Of a stretch of 64,000 nucleotides of DNA, positions 8,420 to 15,885 are shown piece after piece. The stretch is taken from assembly GCA_031459875.1 (NCBI GenBank), contig JAVKHQ010000001.1:247718-311717 (forward strand). The letters run 5' to 3'. The notes below the pieces were generated by a model, which saw nothing but the letters and a program-made list of their open reading frames with translations, ran no database searches and was not told where the DNA came from. Numbering within the stretch: the first letter of the stretch is position 1; every line of letters begins with the position of its first letter. The DNA comes from Candidatus Fervidifonticultor sextus (GTDB lineage Bacteria; Sysuimicrobiota; Sysuimicrobiia; Sysuimicrobiales; Humicultoraceae). The position numbers and the translations under genes were made by a program.

Positions 8420-10701
8420 CGGCCCGTCACCGCGACGATCGGCGAGCCCGGGCTTCCCGCGCCTGGCGGCGTGATCGGGAAGGGCGTCTGCCACGGACCC
8501 ACCGCCCAGTTCGTGGCGATGGTACCATCGGAGCCCTGGTAGAACACGTGCAACTGATCACGGCGCACGACAGCACCGAGGCCGGATCTCGGCCCGGCCG
8601 CGCCCGGCGGCGTAATGGCAAAAGGCTTCGCCCACGGCCCGACGGCCCAGTTCGTCGCCAGGGCCCCGTCGGGGCCGATATAGAAGATGTGCAACTGGTC
8701 GCCGCCGCGAACAACGGCGGCGAGCGGTGAATCGTTTCGAGCTGCGCCCGGCGGGGTAATGGGGAACGGCGCGGCCCAGGGACGGTCGGCGCTCCACGTG
8801 GTCGCGACGGCGCCATCAGGCCCGATGTAGAAAGCATGAAGTTGGCCCGCGCGGAGCGCAACCGCGATCGGCGAGCCGGAACGTCCTGCTCCCGGCGGCG
8901 TGATCGGGAACGGCCGCTGCCACGGTCCTACCGCCCAGTTCGTGGCAATGGCGCCGTCGGGCCCCTGGTAGAACACATGCAACTGGTCGGGTCCTCGCAG
9001 GACTGCCCGCAACTGAGACCCGGGCCCGGCGGCACCGGATGGCGTGATCGGGAAGGGCGTCTGCCACGACCCGACGGCCCAGTTGGTCGCCACGGCGCCG
9101 TCTGGGGCGATGTAGAAGACATGGAGTTGGTCGCCGCCGCGGACAACAGCAGCCAGGGGCGAATCTGCACGAGCCGTGCCCGGCGGCGTGATGGCGACCG
9201 GAGCCGTCCACGGACGGCGAGGGTCACTCCAGGTCGTCGCGATCGCGCCGTCGGGCTGGACGAAGAACGCGTGGATCTGCGCTCCACGGTTCACGACGGT
9301 TATCGGCGTGTTCGGCCGTCCCGCGCCGGGCGGCGTGACCGGCTCAGGCGTCTGCCAGGGCCCGACGGCCCAGTTTGTGGCGATCGCGCCGTCACGCCCC
9401 TGGTAAAAGACGTGAAGCTCATCCGGACTCCCGGCCACGTTGCGCTCGAGTCTACCGCTGAACGGGCCGGGGCGGGCCACGGCCTCGCTGGTGATCCACT
9501 CAATCCTCACGCTCGTCGCACCTGGATTGAAGGTCCCAACCCGGATCGTGGTGCGGGTCATGCTGCCGTCGTGCCACCGCAGCGTCGGCGTCGTAGTCCT
9601 GCTGCCCCAGAGCATGTTGCCGCCTCGCCGGAGCGTCGGCGCGGCTTCAAGGTACACCCCAAGATGATTGCCCTCACCGCCGGTGAGGTTGGGAACCGTG
9701 GCGGGATTCTTGTCGCGGTCGTGAAGCACATGCCAGATGGCCACACCCTCGCCGCACACGTTCCGGTCGTAGTGGAACCCCGGTTGCCCTGGCGCGCGGT
9801 ACTCCACGATGAAGTACTCGTTCGGGCCCCGCGCCGGATCGTAGAGGATCACCGCCGAGTCCGTGGCCACATTGTTCGCCTGCAGGGTCTCGCTCCCTGA
9901 AGCCGCCAGCGAGCGGATGCGAGGCTCCGCCCAGCCGAGTTGGAGCTTGTGCCACGGATCGAGGTGGACCGATTCGCGCCCGTCGGCGCCTCCGATCATC
10001 GGCCCCATCAATGTACAGCCTGCGTTGAGATTGTCGTTCGTCCCCCAGCGACCATAGAGATCCTTGGTGCCAAGGAAGTGACTCAGTTCGTGAGCGAGCA
10101 GAAACAGATTCGGCCGGTCCCCGACCAGCAGAACTGTCACGCACACTGAGACAGACGAACTGCCTGCCTTGATGCAGGCCGGATCAGTCCCTCTCGCGGC
10201 CCCGCTAGGGTAGCTCTCGATGATGAGAACCGCGAGCTCGCTTGCGGTCACTCTCCCGTCCCTGTTCGCGTCGAACGGCGCGAAGTCGAACCCGGACATC
10301 ACCGCAGCCTCGATGACTCGCGCCGGCCGCTTGTTGTCGTTGGTCTCCTGGCCCACGGCCGCTGGGAGTTGAAGGGGACCGATAATCCCTTGACCCGCAC
10401 GCGACCAGAAGAAGCGCCCTCTCGAGTTCTCGAGGAAGTAGCCGTTCACGCTCGGGGGGCGCAACTGGTTGAAGACCAGTTCGTCGTAGAAGGCGTTGGT
10501 GTGAGCCAGCGGCGGCCGGCCCGCGTACTGTGCCGTGATCACGAGCAGGGAAACGCTTGAAGGCGGCTTCATCTTCTCGTGCCCGAAGTCGCGCAGTGTG
10601 AACTCAGGCGCACCTTCTGCGGGCACGAGCGCGAGCACGAGCGCGGCCGCGACGACGAGGGCGAGGGCCCAGATCTTCGTGAAGACCGCTTTCTGAGACA
10701 T
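8416..10701 (-). CDS. Secreted M6 (immune inhibitor A-like) zinc metalloprotease fused to a C-terminal 7-repeat lectin-like beta-propeller
   Basis: Signal peptide; YFLENSRG, FDANRDG (Ca-loop-like), HELSHFLGTKDLY (HExxHxxGxxD), Met-turn LMG, HLDPWHKLQLGW, EYFIVEYR; seven C-terminal repeats (about 8416-9425). Confidence 0.85.
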   Translation of the reverse strand: MSQKAVFTKIWALALVVAAALVLALVPAEGAPEFTLRDFGHEKMKPPSSVSLLVITAQYAGRPPLAHTNAFYDELVFNQLRPPSVNGYFLENSRGRFFWSRAGQGIIGPLQLPAAVGQETNDNKRPARVIEAAVMSGFDFAPFDANRDGRVTASELAVLIIESYPSGAARGTDPACIKAGSSSVSVCVTVLLVGDRPNLFLLAHELSHFLGTKDLYGRWGTNDNLNAGCTLMGPMIGGADGRESVHLDPWHKLQLGWAEPRIRSLAASGSETLQANNVATDSAVILYDPARGPNEYFIVEYRAPGQPGFHYDRNVCGEGVAIWHVLHDRDKNPATVPNLTGGEGNHLGVYLEAAPTLRRGGNMLWGSRTTTPTLRWHDGSMTRTTIRVGTFNPGATSVRIEWITSEAVARPGPFSGRLERNVAGSPDELHVFYQGRDGAIATNWAVGPWQTPEPVTPPGAGRPNTPITVVNRGAQIHAFFVQPDGAIATTWSDPRRPWTAPVAITPPGTARADSPLAAVVRGGDQLHVFYIAPDGAVATNWAVGSWQTPFPITPSGAAGPGSQLRAVLRGPDQLHVFYQGPDGAIATNWAVGPWQRPFPITPPGAGRSGSPIAVALRAGQLHAFYIGPDGAVATTWSADRPWAAPFPITPPGAARNDSPLAAVVRGGDQLHIFYIGPDGALATNWAVGPWAKPFAITPPGAAGPRSGLGAVVRRDQLHVFYQGSDGTIATNWAVGPWQTPFPITPPGAGSPGSPIVAVTGR

Positions 10702-10816
10702 GGCGACTGTCTGGCCTTCGTGTGAGGTGCGCCGCGAGGGGTCGATCAAGGGCGAAGGCAAACGAGCGCTCCTGGGCGATCGCCGCGACTGGCTGGACCA
10801 GGGGGCCGAAGGCATT

Positions 10817-11194
10817 CTAACGCCCAAGGAATAGCGCGGCAGGCCCGCTAATGCTCGTGCTGGGGCCCCCGATCGTGCGGATCGGCGCGACGTTCCCGTT
10901 CGCGCCGGGGGCGAAGACCGTCACGGTGTTGGTAGCAAGGTTGGTCACATAGATGTTCCCGGCCGTGTCCTGTTCGACGTCCCGGGGGGTGCTGAGACCC
11001 GTATTCGCGCCGCCGATCGTCCGAACCGGGGGTGCGTTCCCGCTCGCCATCGCGTCGTACACGGTTATCGTACTGGGGAGGGAATTGGCAACGTAAAGCA
11101 TGGTGGCGCTTGGAACCTGGAGCGTCACCAAACCACACGCCGAGGCCAGAAGTGCGCTTACGGCCAGCAGGGTTACCCTGCGCATCTTGCCCAT
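10817..11194 (-). CDS. Small lipoprotein with two NHL-like repeats
   Basis: MGKMRRVTLLAVSALLASA-C lipobox; two ~48-aa repeats LYVAN..TITVY..GNAPPVRTIGG / IYVTN..TVTVF..GNVAPIRTIGG; alternative starts 11185 and 11212. Confidence 0.75.
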   Translation of the reverse strand: MGKMRRVTLLAVSALLASACGLVTLQVPSATMLYVANSLPSTITVYDAMASGNAPPVRTIGGANTGLSTPRDVEQDTAGNIYVTNLATNTVTVFAPGANGNVAPIRTIGGPSTSISGPAALFLGR

Positions 11195-11233
11195 GGGCTC
11201 ACCACCCCCCATCGGGTCCTTTTCACTGAGAGG

Positions 11234-11280
11234 AGCATAGGATGCTGCGGCGGCTGGTGCATCGCCCGGTTCGGGCCATT
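11234..11280 (-). promoter_or_regulatory. Putative activator box (copy 1) plus -10 of effector operon
   Basis: AATGGCCCGAACCGGGCGATGC (11259-11280), 19 bp, TATGCT (11234-11239); box identical to 14252-14273. Confidence 0.7.
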
Positions 11281-11309
11281 CTCCCCAGGAGGGGACGGGC
11301 GGGCGAGCG

Positions 11310-13964
11310 TCAGACGATACCCAGTTCGTGCGCGCGCAGCGTCGCCTCGTGGCGCGATCCCACGCCCAGCTTGTCGTAGATGTTGGCGACGTGGCGCTTC
11401 GACGTGTGCGGACTGATGGTGAGCGCTGCGGCGATCCTGGAGACACTCGCGCCGAGGGCCAGCAGGCGCAGGACCTCGATTTCACGTTCGGTCAGGTTCG
11501 CGGGATGCGTCTGAGGCACCCGCTGCCCGTCCTCGGCCAGGTCGACGGCGACGTTGTCCGGCAGGCGCCGCCCCTCTGCCCACAGGCTGGCGAACCTGAC
11601 TCCACCAAGCGCAGCCTTCGCCAACTGCTCTGCGCGCTGAATGCACGACCGTTCTTGAGGAAACGCGATCGCCCCGGTCCGTTCGCGAATGGAGGACGCA
11701 GCCGCGAGCAGCAGTGCCACGCGCGCGTGATCCTGTTGCGCTGAGGCGATCCAGGCGAATCGTTCCAGACATCGGGCGAGGCCATGACGGCGGCCGACCC
11801 TGACAAAGAACCCTGATGCTTCCCGCAACATCGATGCCGCCTGCTGATGCTTCCCGACCTTGATGGCGACCTCCGCCGCCGACACCAGAGCCTGCGCCGC
11901 CAGTCCCTCATGCCCCGACGAGCGGGCAGTCTCCAGCGCCTGGGCGAGCAGATCGCTGGCGGCCAAGGGGTCCCCGCGGTCTGCCGCAACACCTCCCAGT
12001 TCGACCTGCGTCAGAAACACCCACCTCGTAGCCCCGCAGGTGTGCGCGAGGCTCAGGGCACTGTCCAACAGGGACGCCGCGCGTGCCAAGTCACCCTGAT
12101 GCCTGGCCAGACGGCCGAGGCCCCAGGTCGCCTGCGCCACGCCAAGCGCGTCGCCAAGCCGTCGCCGGAGGGCCAGACTCTCTTCGTACAGAGCGGTCGC
12201 ACGGCCAAAGTCCGCGAGATCGACCGCGATCGCGGCCAGGGTCTGCAGCACCCGAGCCACGCTCCCAGGCGGACCCGTCCGGCGGAGGATCCGAAGGCTC
12301 TCGGTATTCAGGTCGGCGCTTCGCCGGAGATGTCCGCGGAGGGACGCCAGGAATCCCAGATGGTGCAGGCACAGCGCCGCACCCCGTTCGTCGCCCGCCT
12401 CGCGCATCAGCCCAAGCGCCTCGCCCCACGCGCGCTCGGCAGCTTCGTACTCGCCCTGTTCGAGCCTGATGCTGGCAAGGAGGCTCAGGGCGTGCGCAAC
12501 GGCCCGGCGGTCGTCGTGTTTCCGGAAAAGGGCCAGGCTGTCCACGAGGGCGCCTTCTGACTCCCTGAGGTCCCCGTGACGATGAAGCAGCACGGCGGTG
12601 GCAAACAGGGCACTCCCGCGCACCGCGTCGGGTGCCGCCTTGTCGGCGTCCAGGAGGCTCGTCAGCCACCGCGAGCCGGCAGCGAACTGGCCTCGGAGTT
12701 CCCAGTAGGGCAGTAGCGCCGTGGCCATCCGAAGGCCTCCCACGGTGTCTCCGCTGTCGCGAAAACCCTCGAGGGCCGCCCGCAGGTTGTCGTATTCGAG
12801 ATCGAGACTCGTCGCCACCTCAGCCTGCCGGGGACCGTTCATCTCGTGCCCGGCCTGCTCGGCCATGGCCAGGAAGAACCCTCGATGCCGCCGGAAGACC
12901 TCGGCAGCCTCATCGGCTTGCAGAAGCCATTCGCGCCCACGGGCTCGGACGGCGGCGGGCAGCCGACATCGGATCTGTCCGTCGCGGACCTCGCGAACCG
13001 CGAGTGACTGATCCACAAACTCGCCGATCATCTCCAGGATATCCGAGGGGCCGATCACGCCGCCAGCGCAGACGGTCTCCGCAGCGGTGATGGTCCAGCC
13101 GCCCGCAAACGCCGTAAGTCGCCGCAGCAGGACCCGTTCCTTGGCCGAGAGCAGGCTGAACCGCCACTCCAGCGTGTCAGGCGGCCCGCCGAGTGGAGGC
13201 GCCGCATGGCCGGAAACGGACAGCCTCGCTCCCGCGGCCAGTCGCGCGTCGATCTCCTGCACGGACATGAACCGACACCACGCTGCGGCGAACTCGATCG
13301 CAAGCGGCACGCCGTCAAGCCGGCGGCAGATCCGCGCCACCGTCTCGCCGTTCTCGACTGTCAGCCGGAAGGCAGGCAGCGCGACCGCCGCTCGCTCGGC
13401 AAACAAGCGGACCGCCTCGTGCGACAGCAGGCTCATGGTCGTGACATGGAGAAACTCCGTGGGTGGAACCGAGAGCGGCGCAAGACTGTAGGTGTGTTCC
13501 TCTGCAAGACCGAGGCTCAGCCGGCTGGACGCGAGCACACGAAGATCGGTCGTCTCACCAAGCACGTCGCCAACGATGTCCGCGCAGGCCGCCGCCCAGT
13601 GCTCGCAGTTCTCAAGCACGAGCAGCGCCGTTCGGGGGCGCAGGAACGCCTTGAGCACCAGGCGAGACGCTCTTCCCGGTTCGTCGCGCAGGCCGATCGC
13701 CGCACAAAGCGCCTCAGGAATTGAGTCGGGGGCGGACAGCGCGCTCAGGTCCACCCACCACACGCCGTCGGTATACCGATCGGTCATGCGGCTGGCTACT
13801 TCGAGCGCCAGCCGCGCCTTGCCAACTCCAGGAGGCCCGATCAGGGTGACCAGCCGGGATGCCGTCAGAAGGTCACAGATTTCCCGAATCTCACGGTCTC
13901 GCCCGACGAAGCTCGTCAAGTAGGTGGGTAGGTTGTGGTTGGAAACTCTGATCCGGCCCGGCAT
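11310..13964 (-). CDS. LuxR-family transcriptional regulator with N-terminal STAND/NB-ARC-like ATPase and TPR repeats
   Basis: NLPTYLTSFVGRDRE, GPPGVGKARLA, LLVLENCEH, ICRRLDGVPLAIE, F.GGW, TPR array, C-terminal LTEREIEVLRLLALG..IAAALTISPHT.KRHVANIYDKLGV.SR. Confidence 0.92.
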   Translation of the reverse strand: MPGRIRVSNHNLPTYLTSFVGRDREIREICDLLTASRLVTLIGPPGVGKARLALEVASRMTDRYTDGVWWVDLSALSAPDSIPEALCAAIGLRDEPGRASRLVLKAFLRPRTALLVLENCEHWAAACADIVGDVLGETTDLRVLASSRLSLGLAEEHTYSLAPLSVPPTEFLHVTTMSLLSHEAVRLFAERAAVALPAFRLTVENGETVARICRRLDGVPLAIEFAAAWCRFMSVQEIDARLAAGARLSVSGHAAPPLGGPPDTLEWRFSLLSAKERVLLRRLTAFAGGWTITAAETVCAGGVIGPSDILEMIGEFVDQSLAVREVRDGQIRCRLPAAVRARGREWLLQADEAAEVFRRHRGFFLAMAEQAGHEMNGPRQAEVATSLDLEYDNLRAALEGFRDSGDTVGGLRMATALLPYWELRGQFAAGSRWLTSLLDADKAAPDAVRGSALFATAVLLHRHGDLRESEGALVDSLALFRKHDDRRAVAHALSLLASIRLEQGEYEAAERAWGEALGLMREAGDERGAALCLHHLGFLASLRGHLRRSADLNTESLRILRRTGPPGSVARVLQTLAAIAVDLADFGRATALYEESLALRRRLGDALGVAQATWGLGRLARHQGDLARAASLLDSALSLAHTCGATRWVFLTQVELGGVAADRGDPLAASDLLAQALETARSSGHEGLAAQALVSAAEVAIKVGKHQQAASMLREASGFFVRVGRRHGLARCLERFAWIASAQQDHARVALLLAAASSIRERTGAIAFPQERSCIQRAEQLAKAALGGVRFASLWAEGRRLPDNVAVDLAEDGQRVPQTHPANLTEREIEVLRLLALGASVSRIAAALTISPHTSKRHVANIYDKLGVGSRHEATLRAHELGIV

Positions 13965-14018
13965 ACCGCGACCCCGCTGATTTCGTAGGTCTACTACGCC
14001 GCGGCGCCGACTCCTTCA

Positions 14019-14216
14019 TCAGCGAGGGCGAGGACGCTCGGGCGCGTTCGCCACCCTGAAAAGAAAGCGCACGAGGCTGCGGGGCCCGGAGAACTCGAAT
14101 GTCTGTTGCGTGGCTGCGTTGGTGACAGACCCGCACCACGTCGGTCGACTGCGGTCGGGTGCGCGCACCTCCCTCCACAGGCGCACGATGAACACTCGCT
14201 GGTCCACGCGGTACAT
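14019..14216 (-). CDS. Small hypothetical protein (65 aa, FIVRLWRE...WxGxV...FxxxxxLxxFL pattern)
   Basis: MYRVDQRVFIVRLWREVRAPDRSRPTWCGSVTNAATQQTFEFSGPRSLVRFL; starts 11 nt after the putative -10, directly upstream of the regulator. Confidence 0.6.
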   Translation of the reverse strand: MYRVDQRVFIVRLWREVRAPDRSRPTWCGSVTNAATQQTFEFSGPRSLVRFLFRVANAPERPRPR

Positions 14217-14226
14217 CGTGCCGTGA

Positions 14227-14273
14227 AGCATGCGCCCCCACGGTCGTCGGCGCATCGCCCGGTTCGGGCCATT
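14227..14273 (-). promoter_or_regulatory. Putative activator box (copy 2) plus -10 of small-protein/regulator unit
   Basis: AATGGCCCGAACCGGGCGATGC (14252-14273), 19 bp, CATGCT (14227-14232). Confidence 0.7.
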
Positions 14274-14769
14274 TGACCATGGACCGCCATCGCGACCGAA
14301 CGAGTTCCTCGCGATTGAGGCCCAGCAGCCGCGGGCCGCCGATGACGGGGTATTGCGCCAGATCCTGTCCGCCACAAGCGGCGTGGCCTTGGGGCGAGCA
14401 CGAGCACCCAGAGGTCGTGGGGGTTGCCGGTTGGTACGGACCAACGCTGAACGGAGCAAAAACGGATGTTTTGCTCCATGCTGTGGGGAAGGGGACGTAC
14501 CATCAGGGGAAGTGCACTGTTTGGCCTCGCGCCAGGCGCGGACCCGTTCAGGCCCCGCTTGGGTTCCTCTCAAGGGCGACCTCAGGCCCCGCTGTGGCAC
14601 TCCAGCCGCTGGAAGGCGCCCAGCAGAGCCTTGAGCTCCTCTGCGGGTAGCTCACCGAGGATCTCCAGCAGGACCGTCCGCTGGGTAGCGGGGAAAATCA
14701 GGATCCAGGCAGAACCGCTCGTCCCCTGGGGGATGTCGCGCGCATTGCAAACCCGGGGAGGTGGACGAC

Positions 14770-15024
14770 CTACCCGATGCCCAGCGGCTCCTCTTCGCGC
14801 TGACGGCGGCGGATGGACGGCGCCGGCATGGACGCGATCAGGGCCGCCGCGGCAAAGGCCACCAACCCGGCGACCGCCCAGGAGGCCGGGAGCTCAATGA
14901 CCTCGGTCTCGGTCTTGACGCGCACCGTGGATCCGGGCCCGATGCGGACGACGCCGCGCGCTTCGGCGAGCGCGGCGCCAAGCTCGATGATGGCGCGACG
15001 CATCCGGTCGAGGTCGATCTCCAT
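14770..15024 (-). CDS. Small membrane protein downstream of recO (possibly DUF4342-like)
   Basis: GGAGGTG RBS, ATG 15024; VRVKTETEVIELPASWAVAGLV.. with one hydrophobic segment; family call tentative. Confidence 0.6.
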   Translation of the reverse strand: MEIDLDRMRRAIIELGAALAEARGVVRIGPGSTVRVKTETEVIELPASWAVAGLVAFAAAALIASMPAPSIRRRQREEEPLGIG

Positions 15025-15043
15025 CCCGGCACCTCCCGTCAAG

Positions 15044-15052
15044 ACTATACCA
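15044..15052 (-). promoter_or_regulatory. Possible extended -10 overlapping recO stop
   Basis: TG-G-TATAGT about 20 nt upstream of ATG 15024. Confidence 0.4.
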
Positions 15053-15848
15053 CAGGAGCCCGCCGTTCAGTCCTCGGCGGGACCGCGGCGGGGGCAGGCA
15101 CGCGCGTTGAGGCACGGAGACGGCCGACGATGCCCGGCGCCCGCAGCCGGACCTCCCACCGCGCCTCGGCATACCCCCGCAGGATCTCGGACGCAGCCGC
15201 CAGGTCGCGCGGGGCCGGCGCGACGCGCGCCACGGCCGCCGGTCGGGCGTCCAGCAGGAAGGTCAACAGGGCCACGGCGCTCTGGGCCACCGGGACGGCC
15301 TGCGGGTCCTTCGCGCTGCAGCCGGCGTGGAGGCAGCCGCCCTGGGAGGCACTCCACACCACCGGGGCGCGCAGCCGCCGGCCGCAGACGGCACACCGCT
15401 CCACCGCCGGCCGGTGCCCGGTGGCGGCCAGCAGCCGGGCCGCAAACCACACCCAGGCCGTCTCGCCGGCTCCGGCGTCAACAAGGTCCAGGGCCCGCCC
15501 GAGCAGCCGGTACACGTCGGGATGGGGGTGCCGCTCGGCCAGGGCCCGGTCGGCGAGTTCCAGGATCACCGCGGCCGTCCCCATGCGCTCCAGGTCCGAC
15601 CGCAGAGGCGCGTGGGCGTCCAGCACCTCGACCTGCGAGATCACGTCCAGCGTGCGGCCCTCGGCGACCAGCGCGCGGAACCGCATGGCCGGCTCCAGGC
15701 GGCCGGCCAGGCGGCTGCGCGGCCTGCGCGCCCCGCGCGCCGCGACGGTCAGCTTTCCCCGGTCTGGGGTGAGGACCACGACGAGCCGGTCCGCCTCCCT
15801 CAGATTCCGCCGGCGCAGGACGATCCCTTCGATCGTGTAGACGCCCAC
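15045..15848 (-). CDS. recO: DNA repair protein RecO
   Basis: EGIVLRRRNLREADRLVVVLT..GK..ARGARRPRSR; CxxC...C Zn finger. Confidence 0.93.
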   Translation of the reverse strand: MGVYTIEGIVLRRRNLREADRLVVVLTPDRGKLTVAARGARRPRSRLAGRLEPAMRFRALVAEGRTLDVISQVEVLDAHAPLRSDLERMGTAAVILELADRALAERHPHPDVYRLLGRALDLVDAGAGETAWVWFAARLLAATGHRPAVERCAVCGRRLRAPVVWSASQGGCLHAGCSAKDPQAVPVAQSAVALLTFLLDARPAAVARVAPAPRDLAAASEILRGYAEARWEVRLRAPGIVGRLRASTRVPAPAAVPPRTERRAPVV

Positions 15849-15885
15849 GGCTAGCCGGGCGCGCGGCGCGCGGCCCCCGGCGCGT

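Noticed and set aside
5874..8494. Three consecutive ORF-track proteins begin with similar MADAL/MADTV extensions
   Set aside because: These are the alternative frame of the conserved last blade (PWQTP...) of each upstream paralog; true starts with RBS or signal peptides lie downstream. The shared phase is curious, but no slippery site was seen.
5919..9425. Recurrent DNA repeats suggesting a CRISPR array or DGR template/variable repeats
   Set aside because: The repeats are in-frame protein blades with many synonymous differences; no spacers, cas genes, reverse transcriptase or adenine-specific mismatch pattern.
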